A DNA stretch of 64,000 nucleotides from a virus, in IMG/VR virus record IMGVR_UViG_3300050821_007134, positions 32,001 to 96,000 of that record. One strand, written 5' to 3'. Position 1 is the first letter of the stretch, and every line of letters starts with the position of its first letter. The notes under the pieces were generated by a model that ran no database searches, was not told the DNA's origin, and saw only the letters and a list, made by a program, of their open reading frames with translations. Of this stretch, positions 28,020 to 37,611 are shown one piece after another. The position numbers were made by a program, and so were the translations under genes.

Positions 28020-28485
28020 CCTTCGCTTCTTTATTTTCATCAACTTGCTGTTGGTAGATTTTCTCGGCGGCTTCTTTGGCTCTTTGAATGGCGTTCTTTC
28101 TCTTTTCTTCCAAATGTTTCCTATACTTAAGTTCGGCGGCAACGGCTGCGTCAAGAACCAGGGAGATGATATTCGTGTCAGCGATATCGCCAAGAACGGG
28201 CTTGTCTTCTCCCTCCCAGAATGGGGGATAAGAAATTATTCTGTACTTAAGCTGGCTTAGCGCATATGCGAGAGAGTCTTCATGTTCGGGAGTGAGTGTT
28301 GGATTACCGCCCAACATTTCACGGTACTCTCTATTGGCGGAAATTCTTTGTGTAGGAGTAAGGAAACATCGAAATTTGAATGTTCCTATATACTTACCGT
28401 TGATGGGTCCGTCTTCATTGATTCGCCATGTAGCTTCAGTGCCTTCAATGAATATTTTGGAATCGTCAAATACTTTATCGGCCAT
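27982..28485 (-). CDS. Putative tail assembly chaperone
   Basis: GTFKF..LTP.Q.I....LGG.....AYALSQL....PPFW pattern like SPO1-type TACs. Confidence 0.5.
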   Translation of the reverse strand: MADKVFDDSKIFIEGTEATWRINEDGPINGKYIGTFKFRCFLTPTQRISANREYREMLGGNPTLTPEHEDSLAYALSQLKYRIISYPPFWEGEDKPVLGDIADTNIISLVLDAAVAAELKYRKHLEEKRKNAIQRAKEAAEKIYQQQVDENKEAKDEGEDKENPDKS

Positions 28486-28655
28486 AAATACCTCTCGACT
28501 TTTTGTATATCATAAGTTATCCAAAGGACAACGAATTATTATTTTAGGTCCGCTCTAAGGAATGCATACAGTCAAACATACATACATACAAACATTCATG
28601 CCTGCGGGCGTGATCTTTTTATATCATTAAAAAGTGTCTTTCGATGAAAAAATTA

Positions 28656-28684
28656 TTGACCAAACGAAAAATATTTCATATCAT
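28656..28684 (+). promoter_or_regulatory. sigma70 promoter
   Basis: TTGACC-N17-TATCAT. Confidence 0.7.
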
Positions 28685-28704
28685 GGTTAATGGAGGGATC
28701 AAAT

Positions 28705-28959
28705 ATGTTCGAACTTTTTTGTCCAGCAGTAGATATGATTCATGGTGAATGGCAGATTCATACAAAGCATAATGGTGCATTCGCTGGTAACTTCACAGCT
28801 ATCATTGCGCATTGTATCAGAAATTTAGAAATAGAACAATCAGAACTTGATGTCGCAGTGCAAGAAATGTGTAAAAAGAATCACAACTGCGCTCATTTCG
28901 GAATGTTCAAGAGCTTTCTCTTTACCTATAATCGTGGTGAAAAGAAGGAGGCCGGATGA
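28705..28959 (+). CDS. Hypothetical protein
   Basis: GGAGGG SD. Confidence 0.7.
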   Translation: MFELFCPAVDMIHGEWQIHTKHNGAFAGNFTAIIAHCIRNLEIEQSELDVAVQEMCKKNHNCAHFGMFKSFLFTYNRGEKKEAG

Positions 28960-29423
28960 ATTTTGAGGAAATGCTCGGCATAGTAAAAAAGCTTTCTTAT
29001 AAGGGTGAAAAAGAGTTTTGTTTCATTGGCTCTACATGGGGCGGCGCTGACGGTAACGAGCACATGATGGATTTGAAGGTATTCATTACGATCAAGGATC
29101 GCATTACTGGGGAAGATAGAAGAATCTACAGGCACCATGTGTTTCAAGAGGATGAACTCAAACAAATGACTGAGACTAGACTCCTTAGGGCCGTTAGGGA
29201 TTTACTAATTTGGCTGGAAAGTCATGAAGTTGAAGAGCAGCTCATCTACGGCACCAGGCGTGTTTTTGATCCTCATGCACCATTAGCGGGCGGCACCAAT
29301 GTAGTTAAGGAAAAGAAACAACATGAGAAAAAGATCAATGATTTCAAGAAGCAAGTGGTTAAACAATTAAATGAACAAAAGGAAAAACAGAATGAAGGAA
29401 TCGTACAGGGAGAAGCTTTATAA
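28956..29423 (+). CDS. Hypothetical protein
   Basis: HEVEE...VFDPH motif. Confidence 0.75.
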   Translation: MNFEEMLGIVKKLSYKGEKEFCFIGSTWGGADGNEHMMDLKVFITIKDRITGEDRRIYRHHVFQEDELKQMTETRLLRAVRDLLIWLESHEVEEQLIYGTRRVFDPHAPLAGGTNVVKEKKQHEKKINDFKKQVVKQLNEQKEKQNEGIVQGEAL

Positions 29424-29763
29424 ATTTGTAGTTCCCAGATTCGATATCAGTATGTTGGCAGTTAAGGCCCTAGATGCTTACAATTATCTTAATTCAGAGA
29501 GCTTAACATTTGATAAGATTGAGGAAATGCAACTGAATCACATCATGGTGAATTATATTCGCCATAAGCTAGTGAGTGATTACAACCAAAATTACAGTTC
29601 TCCTTCCTTTTCTAAGGAACCTAAGTTATACTTTGAATGGTTCAAGGCAATCAACCATGAGATCGGCCAGGTCTACCCATTCCTTAGACAGGCCATAGCA
29701 ATGCAGATTGCCCACAAGAGGAATGTAATATTTCACCCAAGAAAGAAGGAAGTGACCAAATGA
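29392..29763 (+). CDS. Hypothetical protein
   Basis: VNYIRHKL..Y motif. Confidence 0.7.
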   Translation: MKESYREKLYKFVVPRFDISMLAVKALDAYNYLNSESLTFDKIEEMQLNHIMVNYIRHKLVSDYNQNYSSPSFSKEPKLYFEWFKAINHEIGQVYPFLRQAIAMQIAHKRNVIFHPRKKEVTK

Positions 29764-30413
29764 ATGACGCATGGAATATAATGCTAGCCGTATTGGGAGT
29801 ATTAAGCGCACTCGCCGTTGTCTTTGTAGTCCACGTGCTTTGTTTTCCTCGCAAACGAAAAACAGCCGAAGAAAAGGATAATTACAGAGTTGATAAGCAG
29901 CTTGTTTATCAATATAGAGATCACGAACTACGAACGGCAAAAATTTCAATAAAAACTGCCACAAAAAACCACGTAATTTTACTTGAAGAAATTGTTTCGT
30001 CATATCCTATAGAAGTGGACTTAGGTCCAGGAAGACATTACGGAGATACGACCATAAGCGATGCAGAATACAGAAATAAATGTATAGTCCAGGCAGTCAA
30101 CGAATTCCCCGCTCTGAAAAGAACGGTCAATAACAACTTTGACCAATTGGGCAATGTGTTCGACTCTGCTTTAAATTGGCTTCTGAGCGTTCCTGGTACC
30201 GCAGGAGCATTAGTTTTGAGCGACAATGATGAGGGAACCTTACAGCATTCCATACGTCGCCAGGATGTTCTTTCAGTGAGAGTGGTATTTTTGAAGAAAA
30301 CGTCAGTAAAATTGAAATTTTACACGGTTCAAAATATAATAGCTAAAGTTATGGAACAATTGGAAGAAATGGCTGAAAAAGATCGCTGGAGCCGACCCCC
30401 AGGCGATGTATAA
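29760..30413 (+). CDS. Membrane-anchored hypothetical protein
   Basis: N-terminal TM. Confidence 0.75.
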   Translation: MNDAWNIMLAVLGVLSALAVVFVVHVLCFPRKRKTAEEKDNYRVDKQLVYQYRDHELRTAKISIKTATKNHVILLEEIVSSYPIEVDLGPGRHYGDTTISDAEYRNKCIVQAVNEFPALKRTVNNNFDQLGNVFDSALNWLLSVPGTAGALVLSDNDEGTLQHSIRRQDVLSVRVVFLKKTSVKLKFYTVQNIIAKVMEQLEEMAEKDRWSRPPGDV

Positions 30414-30422
30414 GGAGAATAT

Positions 30423-30716
30423 ATGACTGACGCACAAAAAGAATTCGTAAGGCTTGCCGCCAAGTATGAAGCCATCAAAGATGAGCTTGACGACACTCGC
30501 GAAAAACTACAATCGGTTATGAAGGAAGTTGGTCTTGATACCTATACTCAAGATCCCAACACCCTTTTGGTTTATAAGATCCACAAACCAAACGGAACCT
30601 TTATGTACTACCGAGATATCGACTTCAAGCGTACAGCTAAAGAAGGCGAAAAGGGTGGAACTGTTCTCTCCAAGAAAGAAGCTGAAGAGGCAGGGTTTAC
30701 TCTGAAAAGATCGTGA
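30423..30716 (+). CDS. Hypothetical protein
   Basis: AAGGAG SD. Confidence 0.8.
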   Translation: MTDAQKEFVRLAAKYEAIKDELDDTREKLQSVMKEVGLDTYTQDPNTLLVYKIHKPNGTFMYYRDIDFKRTAKEGEKGGTVLSKKEAEEAGFTLKRS

Positions 30717-31102
30717 GAGAATTAGAGAGTAAGCGCTTTCACGGTTGGTTCGATGAGAATTTTGAAAGTATTCAACCTGAAGGCATGGACGAATACATAA
30801 AGGTTCAACAAATTCTCCATGTAGAAGAGGGTGACGACAATATTTGGGATGCTAATATTGAATTCACTTTGTATGCCAATGAATACGGAATCGGGTTTCA
30901 TCATCGAATCCCCGCAGGTTATAGCGAATACACCTATGATCCAGATGATACATATAAATTTTATTTGACCAATGATTTCGAGGCCTTCATGAATCTTGGC
31001 TTGACTCAAGATCAGAGAGAATTCGTCACGGAAAGCAGGAAAATAAGAGTTCTTAACGCACTGAAAGAAATTTGGTTAAAAGATGAAAAAACCGAAGAGT
31101 AA
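30713..31102 (+). CDS. Acidic hypothetical protein
   Basis: GTGA coupling. Confidence 0.7.
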   Translation: MRELESKRFHGWFDENFESIQPEGMDEYIKVQQILHVEEGDDNIWDANIEFTLYANEYGIGFHHRIPAGYSEYTYDPDDTYKFYLTNDFEAFMNLGLTQDQREFVTESRKIRVLNALKEIWLKDEKTEE

Positions 31103-31310
31103 ATTTGGACAAGGCGAAGCCATTGTGTTTGCTCCTTCTTGGATGACACCAAGATATAAAGATCATCCATTAAAAGTAGGAGAAGTTGTTTATTTTCTCT
31201 CGGATATCCCTAATTGCCCCGGCCATTGCATTGTAGCCAAATGGAACGGATTAGTAGTTCCCATGGTGCATCCGGAAGACTTTAGAAAAGCTACGGAGGA
31301 AGAATTATGA
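31083..31310 (+). CDS. Hypothetical protein
   Basis: IPNCPGHCIV motif. Confidence 0.65.
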   Translation: MKKPKSKFGQGEAIVFAPSWMTPRYKDHPLKVGEVVYFLSDIPNCPGHCIVAKWNGLVVPMVHPEDFRKATEEEL

Positions 31311-31510
31311 ATTTGGCCATGAGTGTAACGCCTGGCGATCACCTTCTCGAAGTAATGCATCCATTCGAAGACATTCCCTTAGCCGCCGTGTTTGATTACT
31401 TTGAAAGAATTGTTATTGGTCGCGATGTTCTAATGAAATTCCCGCATGGCGCCCGCTTATTTGTAGACGGTGAGGATAAGGGCAGATTAAGAGACATGGA
31501 TGAAATTTAA
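31307..31510 (+). CDS. Hypothetical protein
   Basis: ATGA coupling. Confidence 0.6.
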   Translation: MNLAMSVTPGDHLLEVMHPFEDIPLAAVFDYFERIVIGRDVLMKFPHGARLFVDGEDKGRLRDMDEI

Positions 31511-31694
31511 GGAATCGCCAAAAGAGATGCCCAGACATTTACAGTCCATTGAAATATATCGCTGTGCATCATGTGATAAAGCTTTCAATGGGCCGCCGGG
31601 ACCAATAAGATGCAAATATTGTGGACATAAGTTCGTAACTTGGTTAAACTATGAGCAGTTCCAGAGATGGTACGATTTACAGGAGGAAAAATGA
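31500..31694 (+). CDS. Zn-ribbon protein
   Basis: YRCASC...IRCKYCG. Confidence 0.65.
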   Translation: MKFKESPKEMPRHLQSIEIYRCASCDKAFNGPPGPIRCKYCGHKFVTWLNYEQFQRWYDLQEEK

Positions 31695-31903
31695 ACATTC
31701 AATCGGTATTACAATATGTCAAAAAGACGTATGATCCACAGCGCTACATGAACATGAAGCTTTCCACTTTCCCTACGCTCGTCAAAAGAACTATCTTCTT
31801 TGGCCAACAAGAAGGAAAGACGGACGCACAAATCATTGAGAGTTTAGAAAAACTAGCAAGTAAGTTTGAAAAACAAATTCAAGAAACGGGGTTTCAATTA
31901 TGA
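31691..31903 (+). CDS. Hypothetical protein
   Basis: AGGAGG SD. Confidence 0.65.
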   Translation: MNIQSVLQYVKKTYDPQRYMNMKLSTFPTLVKRTIFFGQQEGKTDAQIIESLEKLASKFEKQIQETGFQL

Positions 31904-32121
31904 ACTTGAAAAATTCTATTTTAAATCCACCCAACACTCAGGAAAAGAGTGAAGCCGAGCACAGAGATTTAATAAACACTGCTAACACTGGCGTTCAAGC
32001 TATCAGAACTCTTCAAAAGAAATACGGCGAGCAAACCGTAATTATAGAACAAGATGGGTTCAGGCAGACACTAAGCGATGAAGGCGAAGTAGAAAACATT
32101 TCATTCGAGGCAAAGCGATGA
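31900..32121 (+). CDS. Hypothetical protein
   Basis: ATGA coupling. Confidence 0.6.
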   Translation: MNLKNSILNPPNTQEKSEAEHRDLINTANTGVQAIRTLQKKYGEQTVIIEQDGFRQTLSDEGEVENISFEAKR

Positions 32122-32384
32122 ACTTTTACGATTGGCTCGACACTCTAAATTTGGAACTGGAAATCACAAGATATCCGAATCAAGAAAATAGATTCTGCGC
32201 TTCCATTAAAGAAGCTGAGTTCAAGGACTATCTCGGCGATGGGTTACTTCAAAGTCTTTATGGAGATGGCACCGAACCCAGCACAGCTATAGTTATGTTC
32301 TCTAAAAGAATTGAAGGGAAAGTCTTAGTATTAGATAAACGCGGCAAGGATCGCATCACGTTTACCGTTCCAAAATTCCAATGA
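32118..32384 (+). CDS. Hypothetical protein
   Basis: ATGA coupling. Confidence 0.65.
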   Translation: MNFYDWLDTLNLELEITRYPNQENRFCASIKEAEFKDYLGDGLLQSLYGDGTEPSTAIVMFSKRIEGKVLVLDKRGKDRITFTVPKFQ

Positions 32385-32590
32385 AACTGACCCAAAAAAT
32401 GCTTCAACAATGCGTAGAAAGAGCTGCCACTGCCACTGAAAGTGGAAGAGGTCCGGTTTTCTTTGTGAGCCCTGCCGAATACAAAGATCTTAAAGTATTG
32501 GTAGATAAAATATTAGCTATTGAGCCGGAATGGTTGCCCATAGATCCTTGGTCCATTCGATGGAAGGCTCAGCAATTGGGGATTAAATGA
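32381..32590 (+). CDS. Hypothetical protein
   Basis: ATGA coupling. Confidence 0.6.
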   Translation: MKLTQKMLQQCVERAATATESGRGPVFFVSPAEYKDLKVLVDKILAIEPEWLPIDPWSIRWKAQQLGIK

Positions 32591-32952
32591 AACACAGACT
32601 TGTACATAATGGCCTTGGAGCAAATGCAGAAGTTCTATTGGATAACCAAGGAAGAATTAACAAAGAATTCGCAAATGCAGCTTTAGATTTTCTCAAGCTT
32701 GAGGGATTAGATTTTCAAGTTGGTGAGCATTATGTTTCTGTAGGCATTGAACCTACTTACATGTATCAACCCTTAAAAATAATCACCATCTCCAGAAACA
32801 AAGATGATTCGACCTATGTAACTGGGACTGCGTGGGGACCTTACGGAAGCGGGATTGCCAAGAGAGTTAGAAGGCGCGGGAACTACAAAAAGAAAAGCAA
32901 GTTCACCAAGTTTGTCGATGAATGGCATCCGTTTTTATTCGTAAGTAGATAA
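32587..32952 (+). CDS. Hypothetical protein
   Basis: ATGA coupling. Confidence 0.65.
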   Translation: MKHRLVHNGLGANAEVLLDNQGRINKEFANAALDFLKLEGLDFQVGEHYVSVGIEPTYMYQPLKIITISRNKDDSTYVTGTAWGPYGSGIAKRVRRRGNYKKKSKFTKFVDEWHPFLFVSR

Positions 32953-33312
32953 TTATTGTTTTTTAATGAATTCTGAAATTAGGTTGACTAGCTGGCCGTG
33001 TTGATTTCTTAATTCCTTGCGTAAGTCTTCGATCTTCTCACCCAAGTTAGCTAGAGCCCCATTATAGGTTTCTTTTATGTGGACTAGGTCTTTATCTATT
33101 TCGTGTTTGAAAGCCTGGAATTCGCTCTCCATTAGTTCTATTTTGGCCTGGAACTCTTTACGGACCTGAGAGTCGGCTTCTTTTGCGGCCTGTAGCGTCT
33201 TAGCCGCCTCAGCCTCGCGTTCTGTACGCATCTTGCTGCTGATCTTCCATGGAAGAGCCCAGGCAGCGGCTACGACCAATATTAAGCTTCCTACTTCGAC
33301 TGAAATGTCCAT
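32953..33312 (-). CDS. Membrane-anchored coiled-coil protein (late)
   Basis: N-terminal TM plus heptads; AATCTTA at 33329-33335 and GGAG SD. Confidence 0.75.
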   Translation of the reverse strand: MDISVEVGSLILVVAAAWALPWKISSKMRTEREAEAAKTLQAAKEADSQVRKEFQAKIELMESEFQAFKHEIDKDLVHIKETYNGALANLGEKIEDLRKELRNQHGQLVNLISEFIKKQ

Positions 33313-33388
33313 TTAATTCTCCAATAGATAAGATTAGTTGCTTGATCTTCCTAGGAGTATGTGATATATCATTTAAATAGGAGTTAAG

Positions 33389-33691
33389 ATGAAAGAAAAA
33401 GCCGCTGAAGCGATAAATATCTTATTTGGATTTAGAAAAACCCTATTAGTTCTAATACTTTATATCGTAGGCATTCTATTCAGGCTTAAAGGCCTGATCG
33501 ATGGAGCCCAAATGGTCGATTTATTTAAAGGAATCACCATTGCATTCATGACGGCCAATAGCTTTGAGCACGCGACAACGACTGTCAGATCGTATATGGA
33601 CGCACAAGGTCGTCAGGTAACTGACGCCGAGCCAGGCGTCGCGACGGGCGGCCCCGCCGGAGATCCCCAGGCCGGAAGTACTTCCAAGTAA
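33389..33691 (+). CDS. Holin-like membrane protein
   Basis: GFRK followed by two hydrophobic helices. Confidence 0.45.
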   Translation: MKEKAAEAINILFGFRKTLLVLILYIVGILFRLKGLIDGAQMVDLFKGITIAFMTANSFEHATTTVRSYMDAQGRQVTDAEPGVATGGPAGDPQAGSTSK

Positions 33692-33700
33692 GGAGACCTA

Positions 33701-34123
33701 ATGAGCGAAGATCAAAATCCACAAACACCTATTATTCCTAGCGCCACAGTCGATGTTAATGTGGTAGCCCCGACGCCCGCTCCAGTAGCGCCTCCGCCAG
33801 CTCCAGTGGTTCAGGTAGCGGCTAAGAGTTTGCAGGATAGGGTCGAAAGCTGGCTAAAAGACATTTACAGCACTAATAAGATTTTGTTTTATACGATAAT
33901 CCCACTGATGGGGATAATTTTCCTGATAATCAAGTACCATAATTTGATCATTGATCTTTTACTTGGGACTTCAAAAGAGATCCTTAAGCAGGAACAGCAA
34001 AAAGATTTAACTCTTGCTGCGCAAGCCCAGCAACAAGAAGCTGCCGGAGACGCATTAGTTCAGAAAGCTCAGAATGAGCCAAAACAAGAACAACCCGTGC
34101 CCGATGATTGGTTTAAAAAATGA
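33701..34123 (+). CDS. Membrane protein (possible lysis accessory)
   Basis: Pro-rich N-terminus, TM, coiled coil. Confidence 0.6.
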   Translation: MSEDQNPQTPIIPSATVDVNVVAPTPAPVAPPPAPVVQVAAKSLQDRVESWLKDIYSTNKILFYTIIPLMGIIFLIIKYHNLIIDLLLGTSKEILKQEQQKDLTLAAQAQQQEAAGDALVQKAQNEPKQEQPVPDDWFKK

Positions 34124-34302
34124 CACAAAAAGAATGGGAAGACGAGCATTATTTTGATCCAGGAGAAATGAAGTTTCGTGAAATTAAAGCGAAGATCGAA
34201 ATGCAACAGAAGTATCACACTTGGGATATGATCATTAAACTTAGTCTACTAATTACTTTTTTCGCAGGGTTAATAGCTTTTGCAAGCAGGGTTAAAGGAT
34301 AA
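34120..34302 (+). CDS. Small membrane protein
   Basis: C-terminal TM. Confidence 0.55.
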   Translation: MTQKEWEDEHYFDPGEMKFREIKAKIEMQQKYHTWDMIIKLSLLITFFAGLIAFASRVKG

Positions 34303-34304
34303 AT

Positions 34305-34712
34305 ATGAAAATTTTGATGATTTTAATATTGTTGTTTTCGAGCGCTTCGCTTGGCTTAACCGTGACTACTAGTGATGGGACAAGCTGTGACTTCTCCACT
34401 ATCAAGTCTAATGCCGATGGAACCTATACTTATTCTGCTACTCAGAATAGCTGCGTTGGAAAAATCATACAGGACGGTGCCACTAAAGATAAACAGATGG
34501 CCGATCTCTATAAAGCAATCACTCAATTTAAGTTAACGATTGCCACAGACGAACAAAGAATCCAAGCATTGATGGTTTCTCTGTCTGAAGTAAGTGCGCG
34601 AGTGGAAAAATCCGATAATTTACAGAAATCGAATGATAAGTTGGCTTTTGGATTAGGCGTTTTGACTACTTTGGTGGCAGCTGAGACAATGGCGAAGTTA
34701 TCCGGCCACTGA
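34305..34712 (+). CDS. Secreted coiled-coil protein with C-terminal hydrophobic tail (spanin-like topology)
   Basis: Signal peptide, 2 Cys, heptads, FGLGVLTTLVA. Confidence 0.5.
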   Translation: MKILMILILLFSSASLGLTVTTSDGTSCDFSTIKSNADGTYTYSATQNSCVGKIIQDGATKDKQMADLYKAITQFKLTIATDEQRIQALMVSLSEVSARVEKSDNLQKSNDKLAFGLGVLTTLVAAETMAKLSGH

Positions 34713-35219
34713 TTGAAATCCCTTAGAAATCATGAAATTGTAGACATCCTGTGGCGTCATGGCCGATGGGTCTAAGCTGCCTGCGTCTTCCTTATCAATT
34801 TCAATAAGAATATCTGCTACCAATTCAGAGCAAACATAAGAAGATCCGCTATAGAATGGATTGTGAATATTCTTTCCGAAGATCCTCATGAAAAGAACGG
34901 CGCCAAACCCTATGATTTGGCCTACTCCATATGGAGATCCGCATTTATCTATAGCGCCTTGAATGGCAGTTTTCTTTGTTAGCGGTGTAACAGGTACGTT
35001 GAACTCTTCGTAAACTAACTCCACATCATCAAATGAAGTTTGGCCGATGAAGTTTACTTTAAGGCCGCTGGCTTGATAGACTAACCATCGGTTATATTCT
35101 TCAGAGTAGAAACGAATATAAGCGTGGGAAAATTTCGACCTAGTAATTGCCCTAATGATCCAACTGAATGGTTCAAAGAAAGCCTTAGGTCTAGAAAATC
35201 CCACGATTATAGAATCCAT
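34698..35219 (-). CDS. Permuted papain-like NlpC/P60 (YiiX/YebB-like) enzyme
   Basis: FSHAYI (His) precedes G.PYG and YVCSELVA (Cys). Confidence 0.8.
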   Translation of the reverse strand: MDSIIVGFSRPKAFFEPFSWIIRAITRSKFSHAYIRFYSEEYNRWLVYQASGLKVNFIGQTSFDDVELVYEEFNVPVTPLTKKTAIQGAIDKCGSPYGVGQIIGFGAVLFMRIFGKNIHNPFYSGSSYVCSELVADILIEIDKEDAGSLDPSAMTPQDVYNFMISKGFQSVAG

Positions 35220-35220
35220 A

Positions 35221-35412
35221 TTATCTCACGAGATTAGTAAATTGAGGAGGAAGATCTCTTAGTTTTTGCTTCATGTGGAAGCGAGTTCCGTCACTCAGGC
35301 CCACCAATAAATTTCCGGTGCCATCGTCTGTAATCCAAACGATTCCGGCTACGTTTACATAAACTACTTTATTTTGATCAATATTATTTAGGGGAATTAA
35401 TACGTTATCCAT
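35221..35412 (-). CDS. Hypothetical protein
   Basis: AAGGAG SD. Confidence 0.65.
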   Translation of the reverse strand: MDNVLIPLNNIDQNKVVYVNVAGIVWITDDGTGNLLVGLSDGTRFHMKQKLRDLPPQFTNLVR

Positions 35413-35421
35413 GTCATCTCC

Positions 35422-35934
35422 TTAAGCTGCTTGGAACAAGCTGTTGAGGGTACAAACTAAAGTTCCAATAGCACTCAAATCATCCTGAATTGTAATAGTG
35501 ATGGAATCTACATCAGCTAAAACCATTGAGCTATCGTTGAATGTCATGGTTCCAGTGAAAGCATCAACAGAGGCGCCGAACCCAACTGCACTTCCAAGAG
35601 TTCCTTGAGCACTACTACCGAAGTTGTTCTGAGGGAACATCGTGACTAAATCTGCATTGTCTTTTATTACGCATATTACGGATTTAACTCCTCCTATGGT
35701 AACGGCAATTTCAATTCCATTGGGCAAAGCAGACAACTTACCAAAATTACTGAATGAATCTTGGCCAGTGCTTTCGATGAGAATGGTTAAAGAAAGTAAT
35801 TCTGCGCTGTTAACGCCATTTTCATCTGAACCTGGGGAATAAGAAAACACCTGAGGTACTTGAGATCCATCTAAGTTCATGGATTTACTTTGTTTGCCAC
35901 TTAATACTGGAGCGATTAAAGGTACTACGGCCAT
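35422..35934 (-). CDS. Putative virion protein
   Basis: Beta-rich; late motif at 35985-35991. Confidence 0.6.
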   Translation of the reverse strand: MAVVPLIAPVLSGKQSKSMNLDGSQVPQVFSYSPGSDENGVNSAELLSLTILIESTGQDSFSNFGKLSALPNGIEIAVTIGGVKSVICVIKDNADLVTMFPQNNFGSSAQGTLGSAVGFGASVDAFTGTMTFNDSSMVLADVDSITITIQDDLSAIGTLVCTLNSLFQAA

Positions 35935-35997
35935 ATTGGACTCCTTGTCTTTGTTTTAGAACGGAGTCATTCCGTTCAGGGTCATAAGATTAATATT

Positions 35998-36417
35998 CTA
36001 AACTAGGACCTTGTGAAATTCGTAGTTCATTGCCACATTTACGTTCGAAGTGCCTGTAGAATTGTAAATTAATCGAACATAAAGACCTTGATATATCTTT
36101 GCTGGGTATTGGCATCTAAGTTCTAACTGAAATTCGCTACTGTCCATGATGTACCAATCCGTGACAAACTCGTTAAGGACGGTACCTGCGGGAGCTAAGA
36201 TGCCATCTTTATCGACGACTTGAAAGGTGATATTATCTCCCCAGTTCGCGCCTTTGCAAAGCAGTGCTCCTCCACTTATCAGCCTATCTTCAGGCAGAAC
36301 AAAATCAAAATTAGTTGAAGCTCCGGCTATTGCCACTCCTATGATTCCTTGGCCTTTAAAATTAAGACCGTCGGCTCTAAAATCTGCTTCATTCAAGGGC
36401 GCATAATTGGTAGGCAT
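35998..36417 (-). CDS. Putative virion protein
   Basis: Beta-rich, in fibre operon. Confidence 0.6.
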   Translation of the reverse strand: MPTNYAPLNEADFRADGLNFKGQGIIGVAIAGASTNFDFVLPEDRLISGGALLCKGANWGDNITFQVVDKDGILAPAGTVLNEFVTDWYIMDSSEFQLELRCQYPAKIYQGLYVRLIYNSTGTSNVNVAMNYEFHKVLV

Positions 36418-37610
36418 TATCTTTCACTCCAAACAATTTCTCCAGAAATACTTTGTCCCACGACTGCGGCTACATCTAATCGGATGCAGAAGCCTTCTCC
36501 TGGCGCTAATTTAACCGCTATAGCTTCCCTTATGTATTGAGCAACTGGACCGTTATCTGTTTCTGGACATATGATCGTTGCTATGGGAGTTCCAAATGAA
36601 ACTCCAGTCGTAGTTAATCCGGTATCTAAAAATCTTACATCAGTTACTTGTGTCGCGGCGGACGAAGAGTCTTGAGCTACGACTGTGATGGCTGTTCCTC
36701 CAGTGGGAGTCGCAGAAGTATATCTAACTAAATCATATTTTAAAGAAGTTCTTGTAAGTGGCGTCGCGCCATCAAATGCCATACTTAGAAATATTCTTTC
36801 AAGATAAATGGTCTTCGTAGAACCGGAAGCATTTCTCATAGACCAAACAGTTGCATTGGCCGCAGTGGCCGCTGTTTGTCGAATGTTTACCGGTGCTGAA
36901 TAATAAGCTGCCGCAGGAGCTACAATATTTACGTCAAGAGATTGTTTAGATGTTTCGGCAGTGGATGTAATGCCATTCCCAGCCGTGTCTTGATTTCTTA
37001 CCTGTGCGCTAAAAGCAGCAGCGCTTGAACTGAATACTTGAATTGCATTGGTAGCTAGACTCGAATTATATTTTATGGTAGCCGTTCCAGAAGACCAGGC
37101 AGTTGCGACTAATTGAACTTGTGTGTAAGCTCCGCAAGGAACTGTGACCATGAAGTTAGTGGTTGTTGCATTGGTCCAGTTACCAGACGATGGAACGTAT
37201 CCTTGGATACTATCCCATGTTAATCCGCCATCAAGACTTCCCTGAAGACTTAAAGTTCCAGACCAAGTACCGGTGATCTTGAAGTTAACTGTTGCATTTT
37301 TTGCGACCGTTGCAATTACTGCTCCATTGAGTGCATTTACGGTACCGCTACCGGATTTATCGAGGTTACTGAAATCATGTGCTGCATTGTATAGAAAAAC
37401 CACGGCATTAGAGCCTAGATATGTGCTGATACCATCGCTTAAATTTAGATTTCCGGCTGTAATGTCAACTAACACCTGGGGATCTTGTTGGAATTGAACA
37501 AGCACAGTATTTGGAATCGTTAAGGTCGCGCCTGCGCCAATGGACACATTTTCGCCATTGTTATTGTACGCTAGGATGCCTCCGGTTGTATTAATAGCCT
37601 GTACTATCAT
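36417..37610 (-). CDS. Virion fibre/decoration protein
   Basis: T/S/A/G rich; paralogous to 37612-38928; start revised to MIVQAIN (GAGG SD). Confidence 0.65.
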   Translation of the reverse strand: MIVQAINTTGGILAYNNNGENVSIGAGATLTIPNTVLVQFQQDPQVLVDITAGNLNLSDGISTYLGSNAVVFLYNAAHDFSNLDKSGSGTVNALNGAVIATVAKNATVNFKITGTWSGTLSLQGSLDGGLTWDSIQGYVPSSGNWTNATTTNFMVTVPCGAYTQVQLVATAWSSGTATIKYNSSLATNAIQVFSSSAAAFSAQVRNQDTAGNGITSTAETSKQSLDVNIVAPAAAYYSAPVNIRQTAATAANATVWSMRNASGSTKTIYLERIFLSMAFDGATPLTRTSLKYDLVRYTSATPTGGTAITVVAQDSSSAATQVTDVRFLDTGLTTTGVSFGTPIATIICPETDNGPVAQYIREAIAVKLAPGEGFCIRLDVAAVVGQSISGEIVWSER

Positions 37611-37611
37611 G

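Noticed and set aside
27786-28193. Programmed frameshift extending the tail chaperone into the overlapping frame
   Set aside because: No X XXY YYZ slippery site seen; the downstream part has its own ATG at 28019
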